Part shown: positions 37,136 through 46,748 of the stretch, one piece after another
Numbering within the stretch: position 1 is the first letter of the stretch
Layout of the letters: each line of letters begins with the position of its first letter
Program-made: the position numbers and the translations under genes
The notes under the pieces: model-generated
The model's database searches: none
Told to the model about the DNA's origin: nothing
The model's input: only the letters and a program-made list of their open reading frames with translations
Source: a virus
Length of the DNA stretch: 64,000 bases
Virus record (IMG/VR): IMGVR_UViG_3300021375_000014
Coordinates: 1 to 64,000 of that record
Strand: one strand, 5' to 3'

Positions 37136-39272
37136 TATGTAGAGTAATCCCATCAAATTCTGATATATTACCAGATGCTTCAAATACTTGTTTTTCGAAT
37201 GACATGTCTTCTCTTTTTATTTCATAATGTTCTATCGTTTTATCATCATTCTGTGCAACGTGTTCAAACTTATACCAGCATTTAAATTCATAATCTCCGT
37301 TGTCATTGACATTCCATGATGCTTCACCCGATAACATTGTGGCAAGGTTCATACCAAATTCTTCCATATCTAATTCTGGATCCCATATCATTTTAAAACT
37401 ATGACCACCAAACGCTTTATACATAATCCACATATGAGGTAGATTTTCGTTTGCTAAACTTGCAGCAAATTGAACTTGTATGTGGTCATGCTTGAATTTA
37501 TTAAAATCTTGCTTGTCCTGTTGCGGAATATAATCTACATATTTTCCTGGATTATTCCATTTAAAATCTACAAACTTATCAAATCCGGGGCGGCTCTGGG
37601 CATTGATTACTGAGCCTTCTGCTTCATTAACACACATAGATAGCCATTGGTTCACGTATTTTAATCTAATTGCACGATGCAGGACGGTATTTTCATATCC
37701 ATGGGTATACCAATTACTCATAAATTTATTATCCCACGGCTTTTCATTCCATGCTATATTATAGTCTTTCCAATTCTTATTCATATCACTAAGAGGTGCA
37801 TCGCCACAAGTCATACCAGGGCTAATAACAGTTACCCAATTTCTAGTATTATATAATACATGTAGGCTATGACACCAATCGGCAGTAGTTTCAGTAGGAA
37901 AACCTATTACCCAGTTTACATGATTTTCAATATTTGCAATTCTGGCGTCACGCAGATTGTCTTCTATTTCCCAAACTTTAATTTTCTTCTTCATTTCGTC
38001 TAATACTTTTTCGCTTCCACTTTCAACTCCAAAACTTAATAGACTACAGCCACTTGCTTTAATTTTATGAAAGAAATCCAAATCCATTCTACCGTCACAC
38101 CTTGCATAACTATTCCATCGTATATCCATTTTTCTTTCAATGATTTGGTCCACTAAGTCTCTAAAACTTTTCAAGTTGCCGTTAACTAAACTATCAACAA
38201 ACCAAAATCTATTTGTTCCATATGTATCAATTTGATGCTGCATTTCATCAATAACATTATGACTGTCACGTGATCGAAATTTCCAAAAATGCGTCTCACT
38301 GCAGAAACTACACAATGCAATACAACCTCTGCTAGTTTCTATACTTACTCCACCCTGCGTAGTATATTCATTGAGATTATAGTCACTGTAATCTGGAAAT
38401 GGCAGTTGATTAAGGTCTAATCTGCTTTTGACCCCGCCAAAATCATAAGGGCCTTCTGCTATTGGATAGTCACGATGATTGTCTAAAAAGCCTAAAAGCA
38501 TTTCTTCTCCTTCGCCTATAATACGAACATCAAATGAATTTATTATATCAACCAAATGCTCGAGGTGACGATGCTCGGGATTAGGATCTCTATCATCTAG
38601 CCAGTCTTGAAAGGATTCTGGACCACCTATTATTATGCATATCTCAGGTGCTAATCTTTTTAATTCTTTCATCATATATGAGGTAGGTAGAAGATTGGTT
38701 GCATACATACTAAATCCAACAAATTGAGAACCATCAGCAATTATCTGCTGTATAGTTTCATCAAGTAACGGTTTGAGTGCATCTCTAATATAATTATCAT
38801 AATTAGGGACCTGCCAATGATCCCAATAAATTGCATCCCACGGATCATAATTTAACATTCTTTTAAGATGATGATATGCTTTTATATTTGTATCATGTAC
38901 ATTAACTTCATATCCGTTATGTCGAAGCAACGCAGATAATCGTGCAGCATTATATGGGGGGAAGACAACACCCCATGCAGGACATACAACAAATGATATT
39001 TTACTATCAGCAAGTGGTTTGTTTAGGGAACTCCAATATTGATATTTAATATCTGATTCGTGTTGTAGTGACCACGGTATATATTTCTTTTCAACATCCG
39101 GATTGTCTAGTTTGCCAAGATGACTATTAGCATGCCGCATTTCTTCTTCATGCTGAATAACACTCAGAACAATTTGATCTCTATCTTCACTATCAAAATT
39201 AAATTTTGTGCGCTTTAGATTTTTTGTTGGAGTAGTCTGCAAGTTTTGTTCTTTGTTTTCTTTGTTCGGCAT
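37128..39272 (-). CDS. cobalamin-binding radical SAM enzyme (class B methyltransferase-like)
   Basis: PPYNAARLSALL, VGFSMY, IIGGP, GEGE B12 domain; TSRGCIALCSFC; FGVESGS; IGFPTET. Confidence 0.9.
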   Translation of the reverse strand: MPNKENKEQNLQTTPTKNLKRTKFNFDSEDRDQIVLSVIQHEEEMRHANSHLGKLDNPDVEKKYIPWSLQHESDIKYQYWSSLNKPLADSKISFVVCPAWGVVFPPYNAARLSALLRHNGYEVNVHDTNIKAYHHLKRMLNYDPWDAIYWDHWQVPNYDNYIRDALKPLLDETIQQIIADGSQFVGFSMYATNLLPTSYMMKELKRLAPEICIIIGGPESFQDWLDDRDPNPEHRHLEHLVDIINSFDVRIIGEGEEMLLGFLDNHRDYPIAEGPYDFGGVKSRLDLNQLPFPDYSDYNLNEYTTQGGVSIETSRGCIALCSFCSETHFWKFRSRDSHNVIDEMQHQIDTYGTNRFWFVDSLVNGNLKSFRDLVDQIIERKMDIRWNSYARCDGRMDLDFFHKIKASGCSLLSFGVESGSEKVLDEMKKKIKVWEIEDNLRDARIANIENHVNWVIGFPTETTADWCHSLHVLYNTRNWVTVISPGMTCGDAPLSDMNKNWKDYNIAWNEKPWDNKFMSNWYTHGYENTVLHRAIRLKYVNQWLSMCVNEAEGSVINAQSRPGFDKFVDFKWNNPGKYVDYIPQQDKQDFNKFKHDHIQVQFAASLANENLPHMWIMYKAFGGHSFKMIWDPELDMEEFGMNLATMLSGEASWNVNDNGDYEFKCWYKFEHVAQNDDKTIEHYEIKREDMSFEKQVFEASGNISEFDGITLHNE

Positions 39273-40935
39273 TATTCATTCTCTCTATGGCGCCTGCTAG
39301 GTCAGGTAAACTTTCTTTCCAATCTTCGTTTCGTAACTTATCTAATTTTATAGTTGTTTCTTTAAATTTATTCCAAATTTTACTATCTGGTTCTTTACTC
39401 CACATTTGCGCTAATACTTGACGTAATGAATGTTCAGTAATTTCACACCATAACATACCATGCGTAGTACATCTTGCATCAGGCCAACGTTTCCATATAT
39501 GACTGATAAATCTATTATATAATTCATCAACCTCTTGCTTTAGCCTGTCGGGTAAATGGTGTATACTATATTCTTCAGGTCCGTAAACCAAATGTACATG
39601 AATTTCATTGTTAAGTCTAGTATAATTTTGTTCCTTCATCCAATACATAAAATCCGGTAAATGAAATACATTCATTACACTACATGTAAGAGTTATTTTG
39701 CCTGTTAAGTTGTCTAGTCCTGTCGCAGTATCAATCTCATTGAGAATGCGTTCAGTTTTATTCCACTTACCAGGATGTCGGATATATTCAAAATGACTAT
39801 ACATCCCGTCTAAACTAAGTCCCAATGAAACATCTTTAAATTGTTTCCATAATTTAAAATAACTTTTAGTACTTGCTGCTGCATTAGTGTTATATTCTAA
39901 GGTAACATTCTTGGAATGTCCAGCATCTATTATATTTTCTAAAAGTTCTTTATGTTTATGATTGATGGTAGGTTCGCCACCAGTAAAGTAAATTCGTTTA
40001 ATATCAGTAATATTATTATTAATATCGCTCCATAATCTAGAATCTTCGTACCAACTTTTCATATGTGGTATTTCAAGTTGTCCTTTTTTATTTGTTATAA
40101 TTGCAGCTTTTTCGCCGTCTAAATCAATTATAATATTAGTGTTGCCATCGTCTTCTTGAATAGATTTATAATCTTTATACCACAAGTCACTATTTGATGG
40201 GCCACAAGTTCTACATTTTAGATTACACTTATTGCCAAATCTCAAATCCCACCATTCAATAGGAAAGTCAGCATGGGATATCGTACCGTCTTCATCTGTC
40301 ATATCAAGTGCTTTTGCCATTGTATCTGGAAATGATTGATTGGCATATGCGCGCCTAGAAGACGGTATATTTGTATCGGATGAATCTTCTTCTTCCCAAC
40401 ATAGTTTACAAACAGAACTTCGTTTTCCTTTAAGCATGTCACTTCTGACTGTTTTCCACAACTTTGCATTACGATGCTCCGAAATGTTGTCATTGTAGTT
40501 TAGTAATCTACCGTCATCTTTTTTTATCAATCCTACATTTGATAGTGAATCATTAAAAATCATTTGGCAACACGCTCTGATTGTACCGTTTGCATTTGTT
40601 CCAGCATGAACCCAAGGAATACTACAAAATGTTTTATGCATTGGGTGGGATTTATCTACTTGTTTAGGTTTAGAAGCCTCTAATTTTTTAAATTCTTTTA
40701 ACCATGCAGCAAAATCAATATTACTATTTTTATATATCAATTTTTCTATATCATCATTGCAACGATCAGTATTCAACACAGCATATAATACTATCGGATC
40801 CGTGTCAAACTGAGCAACTGATTCTAACACATTTAGTGGACAATCTTCATGTTCTACCATAGCAATACGTTCGGCTGCAGTACGTCTTATACTACTATCT
40901 AAATTAAACATGTTTTTATTAATTAAATCTACCAT
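39199..40935 (-). CDS. radical SAM protein, N-terminal SPASM/twitch (subtype A) with extra helical N-terminal extension
   Basis: FCSIPW..RACC..CKLC, CNLKCRTC, TGGEPT; N-terminal HEAT/LRV-like segment. Confidence 0.92.
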   Translation of the reverse strand: MVDLINKNMFNLDSSIRRTAAERIAMVEHEDCPLNVLESVAQFDTDPIVLYAVLNTDRCNDDIEKLIYKNSNIDFAAWLKEFKKLEASKPKQVDKSHPMHKTFCSIPWVHAGTNANGTIRACCQMIFNDSLSNVGLIKKDDGRLLNYNDNISEHRNAKLWKTVRSDMLKGKRSSVCKLCWEEEDSSDTNIPSSRRAYANQSFPDTMAKALDMTDEDGTISHADFPIEWWDLRFGNKCNLKCRTCGPSNSDLWYKDYKSIQEDDGNTNIIIDLDGEKAAIITNKKGQLEIPHMKSWYEDSRLWSDINNNITDIKRIYFTGGEPTINHKHKELLENIIDAGHSKNVTLEYNTNAAASTKSYFKLWKQFKDVSLGLSLDGMYSHFEYIRHPGKWNKTERILNEIDTATGLDNLTGKITLTCSVMNVFHLPDFMYWMKEQNYTRLNNEIHVHLVYGPEEYSIHHLPDRLKQEVDELYNRFISHIWKRWPDARCTTHGMLWCEITEHSLRQVLAQMWSKEPDSKIWNKFKETTIKLDKLRNEDWKESLPDLAGAIERMNNAEQRKQRTKLADYSNKKSKAHKI

Positions 40936-42315
40936 CTACTGTTCCTTAAAAAATTCTATTTCATTATCACTGTAATTTACAAGAGATTCCGAATTATTTA
41001 TATCACGAATAGGAACTAAACTAAGTGAGCCCTTCATGCGTCCGTTTGCACCAGGCGTATGCCACTGTGAAATATTGAGTATTTTATCACGCATTGTTTC
41101 TGCTCTTTCTAGAAATCCTGGTGGGGTCATTAGTTTTATCTCAAGCCAATTATCTTCGTCAACTTTATCATGATGATCCATAATTATTTTACAATTTTCA
41201 ATGAATCTTTCTTCGTTGCCTCGGTATAGATCCATACTAGCAAAATGTGCACTCATATTAACACTATTAATATATTTTATTGCTTCACTCCAGAATTTTG
41301 TACTTCGACTGCCATTTGTAGTTACCAATATCCATTGATTTCGAGACTTTAAATATTTTAAAATGTCAATGAATTGCGGATGCATTGTAGGTTCACCTCC
41401 ACCAAAATTCCATCTGATTTGTTCGCCGTTGCCCCAATTATCGATAATCATATCGATAGTATTTATAACAGTTTCATATGATGGAAACTTTTCAGTATTA
41501 CTATGAACTGCCGGCCAACAATAGTCACATGCATAATTACATCGTCTTCCAATGTCCCATAAGATTTGATATGGAATAGGAAAGTTCATTTCTACTCCAA
41601 CGCTTTCATCTATATTATCAGTGAGATAATTCTTGCCACCACGTTTAGTGCCATCATATTGATTATGTGTCACATCCAGTAACTTCATATGTTCTACGGT
41701 TTTTGCTTTACTTAAAATTACATCCGCACCGCAGCCACAACTCTTAAAAGGACAAACTGTATAATTTTCAGGTATATCAATACCTTCACGAATATTGCCT
41801 AACAACCCCCAATTTTTCGGTATGTCATCTAATGTACTTTCCCATTTCCATGCACTTGCAGTTGTATCAATATTATCTGTTTGTATATTCTTTCCTAAAT
41901 TCTTGAAAAAAGTTTCTTCTGCTTCTTTTAATGCATCTTGTAGTTTAATATGTTGTTCGCATGTTTCCCAACCGTTCTTAGGCAACGGCCAACCACCTAT
42001 TGTATTTTCATTATACCATTCAATATGCGGATAAGAACCAAATATTCTTTCACGCTCAACCCTCCATCCTTCTACAGTTGTATCATGATGTGCAGTACTA
42101 TTTCTATGACTACTGGCACAGTTGCCATTCCATATATTACCATCATAATCTATATAAAGTCCACGCACTCCGGCACTACACTGCCATCCCTTCCATTTGT
42201 TATGTTCTCTTGCAATAGCCTCATCCACACTCATTCTAATAAACTTACCATTCGTATCATACACACGTAGTTGTTTATTATCTAATGGAATCCGAGGATC
42301 TGATTTAATCGGCAT
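40936..42315 (-). CDS. radical SAM protein, domain-permuted subtype B
   Basis: WKGWQCSAG..IDYDG..C...CPFKSCGCGAD precedes CNYACDYC/GGGEPT. Confidence 0.9.
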   Translation of the reverse strand: MPIKSDPRIPLDNKQLRVYDTNGKFIRMSVDEAIAREHNKWKGWQCSAGVRGLYIDYDGNIWNGNCASSHRNSTAHHDTTVEGWRVERERIFGSYPHIEWYNENTIGGWPLPKNGWETCEQHIKLQDALKEAEETFFKNLGKNIQTDNIDTTASAWKWESTLDDIPKNWGLLGNIREGIDIPENYTVCPFKSCGCGADVILSKAKTVEHMKLLDVTHNQYDGTKRGGKNYLTDNIDESVGVEMNFPIPYQILWDIGRRCNYACDYCWPAVHSNTEKFPSYETVINTIDMIIDNWGNGEQIRWNFGGGEPTMHPQFIDILKYLKSRNQWILVTTNGSRSTKFWSEAIKYINSVNMSAHFASMDLYRGNEERFIENCKIIMDHHDKVDEDNWLEIKLMTPPGFLERAETMRDKILNISQWHTPGANGRMKGSLSLVPIRDINNSESLVNYSDNEIEFFKEQ

Positions 42316-43312
42316 CTTCTAAGACCTCATATCTATTTTTAGGAAGTAATTTTTTACTCATAATATCAAAGTTACAATGACACATACTTTTTGTGCACAT
42401 TACAGGCTTAGTTGGCCATTTGATATTCTTTGGTAACTTCATATTACCAAGAGTTCCGCCCACTCTACACCAGCCAATCATTACACTACCATCAAAGTCT
42501 ACTACAATCTGTTCTATTCCACTCCAACACAACCAACCTTTCCAGTTGTTTGTCTTATCATTAATAAAACGATGTGCACTGCTATTTTCACTTAAATTAT
42601 TAACATCATCGTGCATTTGCATACTACCACGATATATAGGCCAAGACTTTGTATGTTCTATATTACTTGCTAGATCATGCCATTGTCTATCAATGTATCC
42701 TATTTGTGCATCAGTATAAGTATAAAGTGTTTCACCAAAATCTATAATTAACGGTTGCAAAGCAAGGCTAATATTTGGAATACTAATAACGGTTTCAGCA
42801 AGGTCTTGACAGATTGGCCATATTTCAGGATCATAATGCATCATTATGTTTACATGGGTACGACATTGTTCACTCATAATCTTAACTACGTTAAGAAAAT
42901 GTTCGGCATCGCCTTCTTCTGGATGAAAGCTTAAGCAAACATGATCGAATTTCTCTTTGTTCTTTTCCCACCACCGTACGGTACGACTTCCATTACTGAT
43001 AAATCCAATGTCGTGTCCAATAGATTTAATATATTCAGCACACTTAATAAAATCTTTCCATAAGGTTACTTCTCCTCCAGTAAATTCGAAATATACTTTA
43101 CGAGGGGAATAATGTTCTACAGTGGCATCAATGAATTCATGAATAATTTTAAAATCATTCCATCCAAAACTACCATCATTTAGTATACTAGGACAATATG
43201 AACAAGTAAAATTGCACATATTACCCAAATTCCAATTCACAACTACCCAATCTTTACACTCACTGTGATGATGATCTAGTCGATTATAAAAGTCTTGTGG
43301 TCCTAAGGGCAT
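42305..43312 (-). CDS. radical SAM protein with C-terminal twitch (subtype B)
   Basis: CNFTCSYC, TGGEV, WKGWLCWSG...CTKSMCHCNFD. Confidence 0.92.
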   Translation of the reverse strand: MPLGPQDFYNRLDHHHSECKDWVVVNWNLGNMCNFTCSYCPSILNDGSFGWNDFKIIHEFIDATVEHYSPRKVYFEFTGGEVTLWKDFIKCAEYIKSIGHDIGFISNGSRTVRWWEKNKEKFDHVCLSFHPEEGDAEHFLNVVKIMSEQCRTHVNIMMHYDPEIWPICQDLAETVISIPNISLALQPLIIDFGETLYTYTDAQIGYIDRQWHDLASNIEHTKSWPIYRGSMQMHDDVNNLSENSSAHRFINDKTNNWKGWLCWSGIEQIVVDFDGSVMIGWCRVGGTLGNMKLPKNIKWPTKPVMCTKSMCHCNFDIMSKKLLPKNRYEVLEDAD

Positions 43313-43492
43313 CTACTTATCTTTGTCCATTTTATTATTCATTTGTTCTTCCAAACGTTGCACAGATTGTAATATTTCCCATAGTTTCCAATCCATAGTT
43401 TTTGCTAATTCTAAAATTTCAGCATTAAATTCATTGTTATTTTCTTTGACTTCATCAATTGGTGCATCCAATAGTCTTATTTTCTTAACCAT
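43313..43492 (-). CDS. 59-aa micro-protein MVKKIRLLDAPIDEVKENNNEFNAEILELAKTMDWKLWEILQSVQRLEEQMNNKMDKDK (not in ORF track)
   Basis: AGGAG RBS; its TAG abuts the radical SAM ATG at 43312. Confidence 0.8.
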   Translation of the reverse strand: MVKKIRLLDAPIDEVKENNNEFNAEILELAKTMDWKLWEILQSVQRLEEQMNNKMDKDK

Positions 43493-43520
43493 AATTATCT
43501 CCTAGGTTATAATTTTATTT

Positions 43521-44477
43521 TTATCTATCCCAACCGGTTGATTTTTCAGTTGCCAGTGGATTTCCTACACGCTTGGGATTTATGTAAACTAATTTAAAAA
43601 AGTTTGACATTTCTGCTGTTGGATCACATAATTCCATTCCTAGCATTTCTGATAATTTATCACCTAATTCTAATGATTTATCATATAACAAGTCTTCATC
43701 GAATTCAGAATTGTCTGACAAAAATTCTGGATATATATCATCATGAAAATAAGATTTGAACCAATCATAATCACTAATACTTTCAGTGATAAAGGTTTCA
43801 TCGAAGTTGACACGATAACATCCCAGACGCGCACCATATATTGCCCATAAACCATTTTCTATATCTGCACCAATATTACACCAGGTAAGTAATCGATGAT
43901 AATTCTTTGGCCAAACTTTAGTTTTAAATTTAGAAGGTTCAATAATTTTGCCTTCATCCAACGACATTTTAACACCTTCACGAAAACCACTACGAAATGC
44001 TTGAAATGGTGATCCACTATTAAATATCATTGAATATGTATTATTCATTTGCTTGTAATCTAAATCCCAACAAAAGTCAAGTTTTTTAGTTTCATTATCT
44101 GCATTCTCATGAGTCCGCATATCTAACACAAGTTGTACAGGCCAGCATTTAATGCCACCATTGCCATATACTAATCCATTTGTTATGTTCTTTGCGCCCC
44201 AGGATATTACACTTTTACTTATATCAATGTTGGTAGGAAAATTCAATACAAGATCAAAGAATTTTTCATCAACGATATTATCACCATCAATAGTTATAAA
44301 TCTATCTGATTTACTTTCACGCGCACAAGCCTTATGTGCATTATCAAATCCTTTTACGCCATCAATACGTTTTGCGTGTGGATACTTCTTCAATAAATCG
44401 ACATAATGCTCTTCTTTGTTAGGTTCATCATAACTAAGATAAAAAATATCTAAGTCTTTAATTGTAATTGTAGTCAT
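43521..44477 (-). CDS. glycosyltransferase-like protein (paralog of 27825..28916)
   Basis: YLSYDEPN, GFDNAHKACA, TIDGD, YGNGGIKCWP, AFRSGFREG. Confidence 0.7.
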   Translation of the reverse strand: MTTITIKDLDIFYLSYDEPNKEEHYVDLLKKYPHAKRIDGVKGFDNAHKACARESKSDRFITIDGDNIVDEKFFDLVLNFPTNIDISKSVISWGAKNITNGLVYGNGGIKCWPVQLVLDMRTHENADNETKKLDFCWDLDYKQMNNTYSMIFNSGSPFQAFRSGFREGVKMSLDEGKIIEPSKFKTKVWPKNYHRLLTWCNIGADIENGLWAIYGARLGCYRVNFDETFITESISDYDWFKSYFHDDIYPEFLSDNSEFDEDLLYDKSLELGDKLSEMLGMELCDPTAEMSNFFKLVYINPKRVGNPLATEKSTGWDR

Positions 44478-45046
44478 AATAATCTTTTATCCTTTATTGA
44501 ATAAGTTTCTAGTATCTCTTCAGTTATATACATACTTATGTCATCGTATTTATGTATGTAGTTAATTGTATATTTTTCACCAGAAATTAACTTTTCATAA
44601 TTTAAATTTACAGCATCAATTATAAAATCAGGCTCGTCTTTTAATGTAATATAGAAATTTTGATTTAACTTAGCAAGCAATGTGGTGTCTACCGATATAT
44701 CTTTTGCTAACTGAAATGAAAATCCTGTGTCAATAATATCAATAATAATTGTCGGATTAAACATTGTTTTCAATTTTTGTATATTATTTTTTATATGTAT
44801 AGGTTTTTTTCTATCTTTTTGAACAATATAATAACTCACTGTATCATTTTTGTAAATGACATGGAAATCATCAATTTTTCGTGTGCCATCTAATAAAATA
44901 CTAATATCAGAAGTTTTAAAGTATGCATATGTATTATTACTATCAGAACACACACGGTTTTCAAATGATTCGATTGTGCCATTATCGTCAAAATAAACTA
45001 TCTTGTAATCATCAGAGTCCTTTATATTTTTTATACACTCGAACAT
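44474..45046 (-). CDS. hypothetical protein
   Basis: 190 aa, overlapping both neighbours. Confidence 0.7.
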   Translation of the reverse strand: MFECIKNIKDSDDYKIVYFDDNGTIESFENRVCSDSNNTYAYFKTSDISILLDGTRKIDDFHVIYKNDTVSYYIVQKDRKKPIHIKNNIQKLKTMFNPTIIIDIIDTGFSFQLAKDISVDTTLLAKLNQNFYITLKDEPDFIIDAVNLNYEKLISGEKYTINYIHKYDDISMYITEEILETYSIKDKRLL

Positions 45047-45891
45047 AATACTACATCCTCATATTTTTCAATAATTGAATCTGTGAGCCAATCTTTTTCT
45101 ACATAATGAAATGGCATTATTATTTCTTGATTATTAACAACAATTCTCAAATCATCAGTTACATAACTTGGCAATGTTTTATTCCAAGCAGAAGATATAC
45201 TTCTATTTGGTATATTCTGTACGTGACTTTTCATATGTACAAATTTGGGAACAACTGAGTTGATAGTAATAGAACTATTTGATGGGAACAACTTTGCAGC
45301 CAGAGAGAATGCAATATCAGCACTTATCCAATCTTGCCCTTCATCATCCAAGTATGCATTATAGTAATAATCCCAATTTTCCATAATATCTTGAACTAAT
45401 CTAAAGTATTGAAATGATTTTTTAGATTTATTAAAGTAAGTAAAATTACTGTATATGTCAGGAAGTTCACAACTTGTAAATTTTTTACGATAATAATCAC
45501 TTGTTACTGGTTTATCTCTAAATGTTCTGGCATTGGAACATAAGCATACATCCGATGAGGCTAGAATGTCCCACCAATGATCGACTGACGCAGTAAACAA
45601 CTGGTCAGAATCGAGTATAATAGTTTGGTCGAATGGAGACATATGAATATATTTCCATTTATTTTCTATTTTCCATGTCGAAGATGCCGCATTATCTTTC
45701 CAGGGTATATCAATTATGTGGTCAAATATATCGATATGCTTTTGTTCTAATCTATCGCCAGTCTTGTTATCAACACAAAGACAAACTAAATTTTCTTCTT
45801 GTGTTGCTTTTATACTCAGCGCCAACGCATATGACAATCGCAAGTGGTCAACATCTGAATTTTGAGCAATTATAATGTAACCTCTACTCAA
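45031..45891 (-). CDS. glycosyltransferase-like protein (GT8/mannosyltransferase-like)
   Basis: RGYIIIAQN, ALALSIK, SPFDQTIILDSD, FVHMK, FHY. Confidence 0.65.
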   Translation of the reverse strand: MSRGYIIIAQNSDVDHLRLSYALALSIKATQEENLVCLCVDNKTGDRLEQKHIDIFDHIIDIPWKDNAASSTWKIENKWKYIHMSPFDQTIILDSDQLFTASVDHWWDILASSDVCLCSNARTFRDKPVTSDYYRKKFTSCELPDIYSNFTYFNKSKKSFQYFRLVQDIMENWDYYYNAYLDDEGQDWISADIAFSLAAKLFPSNSSITINSVVPKFVHMKSHVQNIPNRSISSAWNKTLPSYVTDDLRIVVNNQEIIMPFHYVEKDWLTDSIIEKYEDVVLCSSV

Positions 45892-46748
45892 TTTGCCATA
45901 CCATATTCAAAGAAACTGTCTATATTTTTCATAATGCTTCCCTTGTTCATTATGTGCAAATCAGTATTCTGAATCCTAACCATATTGCCACTTTTTTTAT
46001 TCATCTTAGTAAGCATTAAAATATTAGTCGGACTATCAATTCTAAAGATTCTATCTGTATCAAAACTATTCATCAAGCAATTTATAGGCAATTTAGGAAC
46101 AATATCATTCATACCATTTGTAATAATATGAAGTGCAATTGAAAACGTATGGTCATTACGATATAATTTTATATCACAGGAATACTTTTTATAATACCAC
46201 TTCCAATTATTTTTTATGATATCAACCATACTAAATAACATTGAAGTAAATTCACTCTTTCTAAAATAAAGTAACGTTGCCCAATACATGTCAATGCTGG
46301 TGTTAGATATTTTAATAACGCTATCTAAATTATTGTTAGAAATATCAGAATAGTTTTTAGTAATCATGAAATCGTTTTTACTTCCCCATACACCATCCAA
46401 TACATCAGACATTATAAAATAATCACAATCAATTACTAGAGTTTCATCATACGGTGATAAGTTATAAACATTTCCTCTATTAGTATTAATAAATTTCGCA
46501 TTTACTGAATCACTATAAGTATCATGATATTTACGAGTAGTGGCATCAGTGGGAACTGGTACTATGATGGTTCTATCAAAATACATATTAACTAATTCTT
46601 CATTGCCAGATAATGATTCTTTATCTGTAACTAAACATATTTCATGAAATCCAGACAAGTTTCTTCTTGCATAGCCTGCACTTGCACATGCTATCATAAC
46701 ATAATCTATATACTTATTATTATGGGAAAATATTATTATACCATTCAT
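45888..46748 (-). CDS. glycosyltransferase-like protein (paralog of 45031..45891)
   Basis: GIIIFSHN, SPYDETLVIDCD, YWAT, RNDHTFSIA, HIMNK. Confidence 0.65.
   Translation of the reverse strand: MNGIIIFSHNNKYIDYVMIACASAGYARRNLSGFHEICLVTDKESLSGNEELVNMYFDRTIIVPVPTDATTRKYHDTYSDSVNAKFINTNRGNVYNLSPYDETLVIDCDYFIMSDVLDGVWGSKNDFMITKNYSDISNNNLDSVIKISNTSIDMYWATLLYFRKSEFTSMLFSMVDIIKNNWKWYYKKYSCDIKLYRNDHTFSIALHIITNGMNDIVPKLPINCLMNSFDTDRIFRIDSPTNILMLTKMNKKSGNMVRIQNTDLHIMNKGSIMKNIDSFFEYGMAN

Noticed and set aside
43314-43321. GATAAGTA as a late promoter for the rSAM at 43312
   Set aside because: It is a mismatch, lies inside the 59-aa ORF and is too close to the start codon.
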